A stretch of 64,000 nucleotides of DNA from Paramoeba atlantica (taxonomy: Eukaryota > Protista > Discosea), in NCBI GenBank assembly GCA_977017575.1, contig CDRNVI010000030.1, forward strand, positions 248,001-312,000, in the 5' to 3' direction. Every line of letters begins with the position of its first letter. Position 1 is the stretch's first letter. Shown piece after piece: positions 12,346 through 24,559 of the stretch. The notes beneath the pieces are model-generated. The model was not told the origin of the DNA, searched no databases, and was given only the letters and a program-made list of their open reading frames with translations. The position numbers and the translations under genes were made by a program.

Positions 12346-14200
12346 GGAAAACAATTTTTGAAAAAAGAATTCAACTTGGCGAAAAAATTGGTCAAAAAAA
12401 CTGTTTCCCCTATTGTAAACTCCTGTGCAGTTTAATGTGCTCCCCCGACACAGTAACTCGTCATAGGCACAGTAACTAGGTATAGAGACAGTAAATTTTC
12501 CCAGAAAAGAGGGTAAAAAAATCTTAGTTAAAACTTTTTTTTCTTGTTTAGTCGCTTCGTTAAACGCGGAGGTAGTTTTCAACGCGAAGCGCGCAGCATA
12601 AGTGACTTCTAAGTTTTCACAAAAATTAGGCAAAACTTTCAGGTAGGTTTCGAAAAAAAATCGAAAACTTTTGGTGCGGTATGCCCCCCATAGAGCCCCC
12701 CATGGAGGCACAAACAAGTAGACTGGGCAGAATCATGAGCAAAAAGGAAGTACATATGACCTATTCAAGAGAATAGGAGAACAAAATCATGGATTTCCTG
12801 GTATTCCTGGTAGGATTTGTTCACAGTTTTCGTTACAGTTTTGTTACAGTTTTCGTTTACATGAGGGGCTGCGGGTCGAGTGTTAGGCGCGGGTTCGGTG
12901 CGGGTTCGGCATCGGCGGAGGCCTTCTCAAGTTCAAGTCAACTTTGCAGAAAATCCAGGCTTCCAAGCAGAAAACTCACCAAAGGAGAAGTAATGAAATT
13001 TTCGAAATCTGACATGCAGCGTAAACCTTAAGCTTTCGTTTTCAGGGTTTGTGCTAGGGTCGAAGAAGTGGGTTCTACCATTACAAGAGTCAAAAAAGAG
13101 AGGAAAAAATCAATTTTTGGACTTTTTTAACTAAAACTTTACCCCCAAGAACAGTGCCGGAAAAACAGTCGCAAAAAGTCAAGAGTGATTTAGAAGAAGT
13201 ATTAGGCACATGCAAAGCGCAAAAAGACTACATTTCAAGTAACCTTCTATAGGTTGAAAGTACTTTTTCGGACTAAAATGGTTCATTTTGACCCCAAATG
13301 CAGTACGCGGGTTGGGTGTGGGTTCGGAGATGAACACCCGCAATCCCTCACATTTTTCAATAAATAACTTGAACAGAAAGCCAATACAATGCTTGCTTTC
13401 GTAGAGGAAGATTGCGGTGGTTGTAAAACCACCGCTCTACACTCGATTATTGAAAAAAAAGTGAACGAAAACAGTGAAAATATAAAGAGGAACACAGTAA
13501 TATAATAGAAGAAAAAAATATAAAAGGGGGCTCCGGTGGTCCAAAACTGAAAAAAAAATTTGAAAAAAATGGGGGGTCCATGGGGGGGGTCCAGGGGGGG
13601 GTCCAGGGGGGGGGCATGGTCGAGCAAATTTTTTCGAAAAAATTAGTTTTCGAAAAAAAACCGCAGAAAGGGTAGCCGGGGTCTTGGCGCGCATTTTCCA
13701 CCCCCCTACCCGGGGGTGACCCCCCCGTGTATCCGCAGGATGGGTCCGCTAAGTTCGGATTTTTTCGGAAAAAAAATTTTGAAAAAAATTTCAACTTGGC
13801 GAAAAAAATGACAAAAAAAATATTTTTCCAAAATCGTTTCCCCTGTTGCATTTTGATAGTTTGGGACCTACACTAGCTTTCTACGCAGTTGTTTTCGCAA
13901 GGTATCACTTCTTCGAACTGTGGTGCGCCCCCCAAAATGACCCATTTTTGACTAAAAAAGGTGAAAAAGTATTTTTCGGACCTAAAGGGGCATTTTTGTG
14001 TCGAAAGAATGGTATGGTTGGAGTCGCATTCTCTACCCAATACGTTCGGTAGGCTTTCATTCATGCCTGCGAGTGATTTCCCACGCGCAAATGTCGGATT
14101 TAGTGCCTTGAGAGCAAAAATACCCAAAAATGACCCCCATTGTACCCGAAATTCGGCTATTTTTGGCTATAATCTTTCCGTTTTCCAGGCTAAATTTTCT
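12345..14200. mobile_element. Nested DNA-transposon debris; 13870-14310 is duplicated at about 44800-45210 and 13520-13620 resembles 37015-37090
   Basis: Shared blocks (aattcaacttggcgaaaaaa; gtcgaaagaatggtrtggttggagtc; ggggctccggtggtccaaaa) and a relict LRR upstream tract at about 13420-13510. Confidence 0.5.
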
Positions 14201-14308
14201 TTTTTAGGCTCTTCGTTAAACGCGGTGGTGGTTTTCAACTCGGAGAGCGTAGCATGAGTGACTTCTAAGTTGAAAACAACCACCGCGTTTAACGAAGAGC
14301 CTAAAAAA
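14201..14308. mobile_element. About 107-bp foldback MITE; other copies at 30842-30947 and 45101-45208, partial copies at 12547-12613, 29693-29720 and 51566-51638
   Basis: 40-bp inverted arms TTTTTAGKCKCTTCGTTAAACGCGGWGGTWGTTTTCAAC around an asymmetric core GCGAAGCGCGCAGCATGAGTGACTTCTAA. Confidence 0.8.
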
Positions 14309-15006
14309 GTTATTTTGGTGGGGCAAGAATACTTTTATAGATGTAGAAAGATCTTCTCTCATTTATTCGCCCAACGTATAGTGCCGAGGGTTATGTACCG
14401 AACGTATAGTCGAATCAATATAGAATAATCGATAGGTATATAAACCTATAAAAGGTTTATATAAAAGGTACTTATAAAAGGTTTATAATATATATAATAT
14501 ATATAATACATCGATAGGTATAGTATAGTCGAATACTCTGCAGCGTCATGAACTATAAAATTTGCAAACAGACCAATACAGGCAAGAGGATTCAAAAAAG
14601 GTGGAAAGGGTAATGTCAAGAAATTTGGCAAGCAGTTGATTCAAACATATTCAAATGTTTTATAAATATTTTATCTCAAAGTCTAGTATCATCTGACCCA
14701 TAAAACATTCATTTTCTTCTCTGTCAACGCAAAATAATCCAACCTAAACAAAACGATTGTTTTTTTTTGACGATAAACTCTATGAAACGAAAGTGTCTGT
14801 CGACACAAATATCGCAGCCATCGTTACAGCAGGTCAAGTCACTCGATCTTTTGAGGAACGAGAAACATGCGATTTGCGCAGTCCAGAAGACTTCCATGTC
14901 GAAACAAATTATGTCTCAAATCCACATGGGTGCAAGGCGCAATGTTGCGAATCTCGAAACTCGGTCCTAGTGTGTTAGTTCCCAAATTTATTATGCGCAA
15001 AGTAGG

Positions 15007-15560
15007 ATGAAAGAGATTGAGCGTGAAATTTCCTCTGAATCGATTGCTACTGAGACGAATCGTCTGAAAATACCAAACCGGACGGATATTAGCGAACGCC
15101 CCGATTCAGTCAACAGTCGGTCCCGGTATGGAGACTGGGAATGCGACCTAATTGAAGGGAGTAAGCACAGCGGCTTTTTTCTCAGTCTTGTAGAACGGAA
15201 AAGCCGGTTTGGCATCCTTCGCAAGCTGTCTTGCAAAAGGTCGGATCTCGTTGCGCAGGAAATTACCCAAGCACTGCGAGGTTATCAGGTTCGTACTTTG
15301 ACCTATGACAACGGCTCCGAGTTTGCGAAGCACGAGGCAGTGAATGAAGCATTAGGCTGTTTATCTTTCTTTTGCAAGCCCTACGCAAGTTGGGAAAAGG
15401 GCGGGGTAGAACATTTCAATGGTCTGGTGCGCGATTTTTACCCGAAGCGCGTTGTCTTCACTGACATTTCTCAAGCCACTCTGGACTCAGTGTGTGATTC
15501 AATTAACCAACGACCTATGGAAATTCTCCAGAACAGCAGCCCATAGGAGCTTGCCGAAAA
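15007..15560 (+). mobile_element. IS30-family transposase, catalytic C-terminal portion
   Basis: IPNRTDISERP…YGDWECDLIEG…LVERKSRF…TLTYDNGSEF…FCKPYASWEKGGVEHFNGLVRDFYPK are diagnostic IS30 DDE motifs; N-terminal HTH not evident. Confidence 0.9.
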
Positions 15561-15923
15561 CATTCGAGGTAACATTGCTCCGAAGGTACGTAGCGGGTTC
15601 TTAGTAGACACGTCGGAAGAATCAGAATGACGGACTTTATAGGCAGCATCATATCACCAAAATTGCTATTTTTGGGCTAATTCGTTATTTCCGGCAACAC
15701 GATCATCGCAATAATCGTCCAAGATATTATACCTCTGAACAATAACCTTCTGCAATAAACGCGTCCACAGCTCCGCTTCGTTTCTCCGGGGCCTCACCGG
15801 GAGCAAAGGTGAATTTATTGGGTACCTCGGCCAAGCATCTTTACGTGCCATTTACGGTTCTGTTGTGCAGACGGGTAAACAAGATCTAGGTTTCGTTTTT
15901 GGGTGTCACACTTTCACGTGACT

Positions 15924-16075
15924 CAGTGGCCCGGCCGGCCCCTCCGTGCGTTCGGCCTCTCATATTCCCCAAAACAACTACCACCTTCCCCCCATTTATC
16001 AGGGGTCGCTCGCGCGACCCCCGCTAAATAGGGGGGGAAGGTGGTAGTTGTGGGGTATGGAGGCCTCTCGCAACT
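15924..16075. mobile_element. Transposon terminus (CAGTGGCCCGG…) with internal palindrome; reverse-complement copy at 58725-58839
   Basis: aactaccaccttccccc…gggggaaggtggtagtt arms; the related block recurs inverted near 58.8 kb. Confidence 0.55.
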
Positions 16076-16142
16076 CCAGGGCCTCACCGGGAGCAGAGAC
16101 GAGTGTTCACTATTTCTTGAAAACACCTTTAATTTCCAAATA

Positions 16143-16417
16143 ATGCATCATCAATGTGCTATATGCATTATCAATGTGCTATATGCATTATCAATGTGCT
16201 ATATGCATTATCAATGTGCTATACGCATTATCAATGTGCTATATGCATTATCAATGTGCAGTAACTATGCAATATCAATGTGCCGCTTAGTATGCACTAT
16301 CAATGTGCTATATGCAATATCAATGTGCTATATGCATTATCAATGTGCTATATGCATTATCAATGTGCGGCACGTTATGCATTATCAATGTGCAGTAACT
16401 ATGCATTATCAATGTGC
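16143..16417. repeat. 20-bp minisatellite (ATGCATTATCAATGTGCTAT), about 13 copies
   Basis: Direct inspection. Confidence 0.95.
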
Positions 16418-16789
16418 GAGTGGGTTATCGTTTGAGTAGATTTCCTACTCCTGTGCCTCCATCTAAATGACTGCTATTTGTGTAACATGAACCTACAAGT
16501 AAATAAAGCACAAGAGAAAAACAATGTCAACTGAATAAAACATGTGCGTATACACGTCCGGTAACCAAGGACGGTGGCGGGTGCTCTTTCGTTTCGCCTT
16601 TGTTGGGCTACTCAAGTGCATCGCGCAGAGAACTACACCTGTGTGGCGAATAGAGGGAACTGATAGGGTCGTTTGTGGCCTCGCCACGTACCAAACGCAA
16701 AGTGCATCGGATAAGGATTTTTTCTCCGCTAACAGATTCCCCTTATTGACCCGACCTAAGCTAATTAGGTACACCGGCCCCTCACGCAC

Positions 16790-18349
16790 GACCTACCCAG
16801 ACCAAGCAAAATCTTCATCACAGGTTTAGTGTTTCCACGCGACGCTAAGATAAGCTCCGACTCGAACGAACTTACAAAACGCCCGCACCGCCCCTCTCCA
16901 TAATTCTCTATAATTTCAATAAGGTATCTTCTCACCTTTATACTCAATAACCATTCTGAGTCGCTTTTGAAATGACGCGTGGAGTTTGGCGCACTTCGCT
17001 TTGCATGCGTCCGACGCGAAGTAAGCATTACATGCTTCAATAATTTCTTGCCTGGTTCGTGACCGCTTCTTATTTTTGAAGCCCTTTACTGCGTCCCAAA
17101 GATACTCTATCGGGTTGAGATCAGGGGAGTCCGTTGGTCAACGAAGAAAATGTCCATCTTCCTCTGCTTGCAGTAAGCGTAGCACGGTAAGATCCCCGCG
17201 AGCTTCCCACCACTGCATCGTATCCTTCGCTCGATCCCCAGGGGCTCCATCATCCATAAGGACAGAATTGCGGTCTTGGGCCCATGGTGAATAGGTTTAG
17301 TCTAATATTTCCTTGCGGTAGTACAAACTTCCCAAGCCCTTGTTCGGTGGAATGGCTTGTGTTCCTCCTGACGCAATGTAGGAACAATAAAATTCTTCGA
17401 ACGCGCACCAATGGTACGTGTAATTTCCGAATCTAGCAAAAGCTCCCCACACCATAACTTGCGTTGGATGATGAGTGCGATCCATAAAGACGGGAGCATC
17501 AGGGTGCTGCCATGCCTTCTTGCTCAGATCTCCTGCTAAAATTGGTGTTTCGTCAGAGAAAACCAACGCTGAAAAACTCCAGTGTTTTGCAAGTCTTTAA
17601 AATTCGATATCCCCTCTTTGCTCAAGGAGCCCTTACCTTTTGCTCCTTTCTGAACAATCAAAGTGGAGGTGTCGCGCGGTTTGGGTCCTCTCTTGGTCTT
17701 TTTAGGACGCCCGCGCTTCACAGTTTTTTTCTCACTTGTTTCGCTAGCGCTTGAATAAATGTACTGTTTTTGAATTTTTCCGAGGACTTCCAACAAATGC
17801 TTTTCATGTAGTGCCTTGGAGGCACACTCTGCTTCTATGAGCCTATTTCGCTCTTCTAATTTCTTTTTGGTGTTGGCTGAAATGACGTTCTCTTCTCGCA
17901 AAGTTGCTAGGTTCTCTAGCCCAATAGCAAAATGTTTTGCAGTTTTTTTCTATCTTCGTTTCAAGACGTTTGATTTTGCTTGACAAACGTCGAATTTTTT
18001 TCACATCTGCATATTTTCTTTGCGTGTTATGTTGCGGAGCCTTGTGAATGTCAAGCGACCCTCTTGCCACTGAAGCAGGGATTGGATCGATACTGTCCTC
18101 CCCCACGCGGGTTCCGACTGAAGTGGTGATAATCGGTTTATCGTAGTCGGAGAGCTCACTGACAGCAATCAGACCGGTGATTTCCTTTTCCACGCGGGTT
18201 GCAACTGATGTTGTAATTCTCGGGGTGTCGTACAGCCCGCAGTCAGAAACCTCCTTCTGTTTAACCTGTGGGGCGTCATACCCGTCTGCATCAAGACACA
18301 TGAGTTTTCCATTCAGAAGGCGGATTAGACCATCTTCTGGATGATACAT
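16790..18349 (-). mobile_element. Degenerate IS630/Tc1-mariner transposase with expanded D-to-E spacing (DD47E)
   Basis: VFSDET…VMVWGAF (17297-17566), LMDDGAP…*PTDSPDLNPIEYLW (about 17095-17270), C-terminal FVSSFES…ASRGNTK; frameshifts and stops. Confidence 0.8.
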
Positions 18350-18629
18350 TGGTCAATTGGCGTACGAAATAAAGTTCTATAGCAAAAAAATGCGATAATC
18401 TTGAAAAATACGAAATGTGAACGTAGAAAAATGGATTAAAATCACGTAAATATATTCTAGCTGCGTTAATATGGAGATAATGAACGAAAACGCATTTTTC
18501 TAAGGTGCACAACGGACGTACATGTCGTATCGCGAAGGAATTAGTTAAAAAGCTCCCACGAGCCGCTCAATCGATTGCGGGGAGTAAATGTGAACGGGGG
18601 TGTAGTATCCCGTATAGCAATTGTACGTC

Positions 18630-18800
18630 GAAGGTAGATTGTATTTGTATTCATTCCACTTCACAGATGTTATTCGAGTAAATCCGTCCCTTTGTACGTG
18701 ATGTGCTGAAGTCGCATCCTCTCTACAAAGCCGAGCTGAGCGGAATAAGAATCACTAGCCTTCATAACAAACTCTCGAATGTCACTCTTTCGCTCACACA
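18630..18800 (-). pseudogene. Fragment of an LRR subfamily B gene joined to the 3'-truncated end of the CRE-like element
   Basis: Matches 40830-40995 and 54740-54900 (gtatttgtattc…acagatgttattcga…aaactctcgaatgtcac…cgctcacaca). Confidence 0.7.
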
Positions 18801-21800
18801 TTCATCCACTTGGCCACGCATTCATCCACTTGGTCGAGTGGATGTTCTGGATCTGGCGCATGCAGACCAGATGCGTGGCCGACGGTGCCTTGTCCAGAGC
18901 AGCCGCCCCATAGGAGCGTCTTCCCTCCCTGGCGAGGGTGCAGGGGGGCTGGCCTTGTAAGGCCCTGACTGCTTTGGCCTGCATGTCTTCCGCTTTGTCT
19001 TCGAAAGGGATGGTGCCCAGGAAGTCCGCCGTAAAAAGTTTGTTTACGAACGGCGTCGTTCCCATTGCACCCATCCCTCCGATAAAAGCTTCGGAGCATG
19101 CGGTGATGACCGCGTCCATCTGCAAGTTTGCCTTTTTGGTCACCCCCGGTTCGTGCTTGCGAACTATGTAGTTCCACCGGGGGCTCCCGCATAGGCGGAG
19201 GAGGGGGAGGGCGCACTGTCTGGGTAAATCCTTGAGTTTACCCAAGAAATTAGTGACCTTGGGGACCTTGGAGAGGACCCGTTCCTCTTCCTGCGCTTCC
19301 GAGGCGCCAAAGTACGCCCCCAGAAGTTTCAGTCCCCCCGGACCGTGTTGCATCCGGCTCCCCGAGAAAGCCGAGTACAGGTCCGGGTGGCGGGTAGCCA
19401 CCTTGCACTAGGCCATGTTGAGCTTTAGGCCCATAAGCTTGATCTCCTTTTCCAAGGAGCCGAGGGCCTTTACGCACACCTCGGGTTCCGCGGCTATGGT
19501 TATATCGTCGAGATATGTCCATAGCTTAAGGCAACCCGAGTATTTGGCTGCCACGGCCGAGATGGCCCCCTGAATCCCTAAGGCGAACAGGATGGGCGCC
19601 ATCGGGTCCCCTTGTTTGACCCCCCGGGAACTGGGGATATATATCCCCTCCCCCAGGTGGAGTTTACTAGGGGTCCCGTACCCGAAAAGGGAGATCCCTA
19701 TCATTGGGGATAGGTTAGGGTACCTTTTTAGAGCGCGGAAAATGTCCATCCGGACGGGCCTGGCGCTCTAAGCGGCGCCAGGCTTGTTGCCTTCCGGGCA
19801 ACATCCGCCGCCGACGGGAGGGGTCCATGTGTGACTTTGTCATAGACAAATTTGGGGTGTTATGTGGACCTCCCTCTGGGTGGAGGCGTTTCGCCTGTCC
19901 CCCCGCCGTCGCCGGGTTTGCCGGCGGATCGAGGGGGCTTCCAAAATTTTGGCCGCCCTGGAGAAAGCCCCCGCCCGAATCAGCTCTATTACCCGCTTGA
20001 CGACGGATCGGCGGAAGCTGTTGGTGGGGAGGGGGTCGGAGCTATGGTCTCCGACCCCTCGAGGTGAGCCCGTTTGCGGAGCTCCCTAGCCAGCTGCCTT
20101 TGGGACAGTTTGTCCTCGGAGAAAAACAGAAACCGTTTAACTCCGAGGAGAAGATCCCAGGCGACCTTAATTTTGCCTTCATGCGACTTCCCCAGGAAGG
20201 TGCTACACACCGCATTAGTGTAGTCCTTCCAGGCAGGGCATTGAACTGCGTATAAGGTGCGCAGCGAGCCCCTTTCAAGGAGCTGTGCCAGGCTGTCCGG
20301 GGAGGGCGTGATGTCACCTTGCTCCGTCACCGCGCCTTGGGTATTGGGGGGCGTGACACTGGGGGCCTTGTAGGGAGGGTCCGTCCCAGCCAGATGGGGG
20401 TAAGGCGGTGGAGCGGAGGTGGGGCACTCGCATTCCTGACGGGAGGGGCTACGAGGAGATGTAGAGGCCGCGATTCCCTCCATAATAGTACCTTCCCCAC
20501 CCGGGGTAGGGGTTGTAGCGCCGGGGGTAAGGACATTTTGGGTCTCCCTCCGGGCCCTCCTCGTCTTAGAACGAGGACCTGGGTTTGCCTCGATACAGCC
20601 TCTGCGGAGGTTGCATTGAACAACACGGGTGGTCCAGCCCGATTCGCTTACCAGGGTTTCTGTGGGAAGGAAACACCAAAAAAGCCCTTCTTCGTAGTTG
20701 CGGGGCTCCCAGGTACCGGTCATGATCCGGGGGATACCCAAGACCTCGTTCAGACCGGCGGGGATGTCGTGCGCCGCACTCACCCCTGGGGCGGAGACCA
20801 TGCCGTCGTGTGTCCCGTCATACACCCTGACTGTGACCCCATCGCTAAGCCCTGGGGGAAAGGGGGGAAGGGAGAGGCTGACCGCGACTCTTTGCGCTCT
20901 GTCCAGCCCTTCAGAGTCGGTGATGGAGGTGGCTTCGCCGGAAATGTCCTTCAGCAGCAGGCTCTCTCCGGGGACCCCTAAAGTGTTGCCCACAATGCTG
21001 ATTGTAGCATGAAACGAGCGTTCGGGCGGGCAGGGGATGACTATATGACCCAAGCACTCGGGGCCAATGTCGAGGAAGATTTTGAGGACCTCTTCCCCTG
21101 CCGGCTCGTATGGTTTGTCCGGGACTTCCCCAATGGGAGTTCTCGCCTGTATCGGGTACGCGCCCGACCTGTCCGCCGGTAGAGATGGGGGGAAAGGAGA
21201 GGGGGGAGGAGGGGAGTTGGGAATGGGGAGAGGGAAGGAGCGTAAGGAGGGCACGGGCCATGGAGGTCCTTTAGCCACAGTGGTGACCTGGGCCATGCGC
21301 AGGCGGGCTTCCTCAGCGCAGAACCCCTCATAGCACGCCAGCATGGAGGCGTACCGCTCCGTTTTGATCCGGAGGGCTTCCGGGGCATGCTCCTTTAGCA
21401 GGGCAATAGATGCTTTCCTTAGCCGATTGGGACCGTGCACCTTTACTAGGTGCGCCTGTAGGGCTACATGGTGGGGTTGGGCTACCCCACATTCAATGCA
21501 GACCAAATGGCGCGCATTGATCAGAAGAAAACGATCCTCGATGGCTTTCTGGGCCGCGTGCAGACCACTGACAGCCTCCAGGGTCAGCTCACGGCGTGCC
21601 CGGGCCTCCATTTCCTCAAGGGAGATCCTCCCGTGCTCCGAGTGTAGGGTCGAGAGGAGACGCAGAGAGCATCTTCCAGTTTGGGCTAGAGGGAGCCCCG
21701 AGCTAGAAGGGGAGGAAAGGAGTTTGAAGCGCACAGTGTCCATCTCCTTGAATTGTTGCGCTAGCGTGGGGAGTTTCAGCGGACGCTCCGTCGGGGCGGG

Positions 21801-22485
21801 GGCGTCGCTATCCATTGCGTCCGACGTGATCGGGGGGGCGGTCGCCAGGCCAGGCGTCGAGATGCGGGCGTATGACGTGCTCCGACTGTCGGGGGTGGGG
21901 AAAAGAGCAAAGGAAACGTTGGCTGCTTTCCTCAGGATAGGGGTGGGGGCGACCGTAGTACCTGTACGGTCAAAGCTCCGGGATCTCCCCCGAGAGGAAG
22001 AACGTGGGATCCTGCGTGCCGTGGAGTTGGCTCGGGAGGATCGAGAGGAAGACGTGGGACGGGATGGAGGGGTCCCTGAGGCTTGCGTCGAGGCACGCAC
22101 TCTAACGTCGTTCCTGTGCCGAGAGCACAGAGTAACGCACTCCTCACACAGGCGGTTGTCCCGCCTGGTTGGCACGAAAGGGAGGCCACAGAAGTCGCAG
22201 GCACATGACTTGTGCTGCTCCTTGACACGGACGACCAAGTCCGACCTCGCCTTCTTCAGCTCCTCGATAGAGAGCTGGCGCAGCTCCTCGACCCCAACAG
22301 AGGGGCGGGGGCTGGAGCCTCGCCTGAGAGGGGTGGTAGCAGGTCCCCCTGAGGTCGAGGATGATGGGGTGCTAATCCCAGTATCGGAATCCTTGGATCC
22401 CCGGTGGCCACGCCGACGTCTGGTCATGGGCTTGCGCCGGGGAGAGAGAGAGTAGTCGTAGAAAAAGAAAAGGATTCAACAAGGT
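18801..22485 (-). mobile_element. CRE/SLACS-clade non-LTR retrotransposon, degenerate (gag-like region, 2A-like motif, RT; 3'-truncated, internal RT deletion)
   Basis: 812-aa ORF with a Cys cluster and C2H2 finger (CIEC…HLVKVH). After frameshifts it reads VKRVIELIRAGAFSRAA, LHP, APGPSGW, RGVKQGDPMAPILFALG, YLDD, GLKLN and KLLGAYFG. The 5' end begins with ACCTTGTTG. Confidence 0.85.
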
Positions 22486-22838
22486 TTCTTCTTTCCGCAA
22501 TGCGCTTCTTTCCGTAATGCGGTGGACGTCTTACGCGGTTTAGTTAGCGATCCACATGACGACTTGCTCACTGTACTCGATTCTAGCATGCCATTTAGGA
22601 AGGGATCAGCTAACTCTGGGGAGGTCTAAAATTCGTAAAACTTGTCAAATTTCAGAAAATACACGTACCTAAAAAGCTACTTCTCTCCCGGTTTCAACAT
22701 ATCACGACGCCACCTGGGTAGATAACTAGGGCTTCTTTCTGGTCTCTTATGAGTTCTCTTATCTCAAAACGCTTAACTCATAAGCAAGGGGGATATAGCA
22801 ATAAAAAATTATTCAATAACAATTTGAATTTAGCTTCC

Positions 22839-23600
22839 CTAAAAATCCCAAACATCAGAGTCAAAAACGTACCGCAGAGGTAAGAAGCACTCAAGAGATC
22901 CTCCTTTCGGTAGTTTCTTGATTCCAGTACGATCGTTTCCTATGTGGTTTTTAAAACGGATCGGATCGTACTCCCCGATGAGATTTGGGTTATTGTCCAA
23001 CCACAAAATGATGTTATACGGCAGGTTTCGTAACTCTACAGTCCCGGAGAAATTGTTGTTTGAGAAGTTCAACACTTTTATTGTGGCCGGTAAAGCCTGA
23101 AAGTCAAGAGAACCCGAGAGCTTGTTGTGCTCTAACTGCAGCAACGTGAATCCAGCGGGCAGTGCGTGAAGAGAAATAGACCCGTGTAGGTTGCACCTCC
23201 CTAAATGGAGGGTGTCTAGTTGTCCTGGCAGTTCATCCAATTTTATGCTGCCGCTAAACTTGTTTCCTCTACCACTGAATATAATAATATTAGGGGGTAA
23301 CCATTTCAGCACGATCTGCCCCAGCAGGTTGTTGTTCGCAAGAAAAATTTCAGTGCATTTTATACTTGAAAGATGTATCCAACGTGGCGTCCCGCTGAGA
23401 GAGAGCGACGTCCAATCAATCCGGAGAATCTCACCTCTCGCATTGCACTTCACCCGATCCCATTCACATACGGGAGTATCTCTATTCCACGAAGGATGTG
23501 TGTTCTCTACGTCGCTTAAAAATTGAGCTAAATTATATTCCTCTGGCAGTTGAGCTCGCGCCTTTCCTAATCGGCTTTGTGGTAGTAAAGTCTCTGCCAT
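22839..23600 (-). CDS. LRR protein, subfamily A (duplicate of 8709-9470)
   Basis: Intact 253-aa ORF with 17 aa differences from its paralog. Confidence 0.9.
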   Translation of the reverse strand: MAETLLPQSRLGKARAQLPEEYNLAQFLSDVENTHPSWNRDTPVCEWDRVKCNARGEILRIDWTSLSLSGTPRWIHLSSIKCTEIFLANNNLLGQIVLKWLPPNIIIFSGRGNKFSGSIKLDELPGQLDTLHLGRCNLHGSISLHALPAGFTLLQLEHNKLSGSLDFQALPATIKVLNFSNNNFSGTVELRNLPYNIILWLDNNPNLIGEYDPIRFKNHIGNDRTGIKKLPKGGSLECFLPLRYVFDSDVWDF

Positions 23601-24297
23601 GTAGCGTACAGGAATACAGTATGAAGTAAAATCAAAAGAAAAGAAAATCCTACATATTTGAATTGATTTCTCACTAGGTGAGAATCTTACATGAATTGTT
23701 GGGGTGCATATCCTCTCTGAAACAAGGGCTCGTGACTCGTACAGCCCTCTGATTTCTCACAAGCCCCGTGTCCCTTCTGTGCGTTTCCCTCAAAACAACT
23801 GCTGCCCACCGCCGTGTCCGGATGGACTTGTCATCTCCCCGGTGAAACCCTGTAGGGCAAAATTTTCAAAAACATTCTTTATAAAAGGTGAAATCAATCA
23901 TAGTATAGGCGGGGCGTGCCGGACAGAATTATACAGAAAAAAATTAACCGTCGCAAGTACATGTAACCGTCACAAGCATGTAACCCTAACGAGTGTCTTA
24001 GAAAAGGCATTCAACGGTTGAATTTCTCTTCCTCGAATGAATCCACTACATCTGTTTCTTCGTATCTCTTTCGCCCCTTTCAACCTTGATTCTCCAAATG
24101 TGGCCAAATTTCACTCGCAATACTAGACCCCTCGACACTTACCTCCTCTCCTCTCTATTCCTCTTCGTCCACGATCCCACAACGTACCTTAATCCATCGC
24201 CTTAATCTTTGTCCCCTTCACCAACACCGCCCCTCGCAGCGCCCTCTGAAGGGGACAAAGATTAAAGAAAATCTACTTTTTTTCTGTTTTTTCCTCA

Positions 24298-24559
24298 ATG
24301 GTCAAACGATATCGGGCTTCTTCCCTCCCGAATCAGCGTATTTCACCAGAAAGGCGAACTCTCATCATAGCACGCTACAAGGAACTAAAATTCCTACGTG
24401 CTGCAGCTAAAGAGCTCAAAATTTCCAGGATTTTTTTTTCTCCAGGAATTCGATGTTTTATCAGGAGTACATGTCGATAAACTAAGAGATCCATGTAAAG
24501 ACTTCCGCAAACGACTTAAATTGGTGGTAGAAAAGAAAGGTTATCACATTGGTTATTGA
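24298..24559 (+). mobile_element. Internally deleted Tc1/mariner remnant
   Basis: N-terminal HTH (RRTLIIARYKE…AAAKELKISR) joined to a typical C-terminus (KRLKLVVEKKGYHIGY*). Confidence 0.6.

Noticed and set aside
17138-17140. UGA-to-Trp recoding (TGA at the conserved Trp of WPxxSPDLNPIE)
   Set aside because: Single case in a decayed transposon. Trp is TGG throughout the intact genes, TGA terminates some LRR ORFs, and the other in-frame stops fall at non-Trp positions.
21343-22455. 370-aa plus-strand ORF
   Set aside because: Antisense shadow of the GC-rich retroelement ORF with no recognisable motifs. The same applies to plus-strand ORFs overlapping LRR genes.
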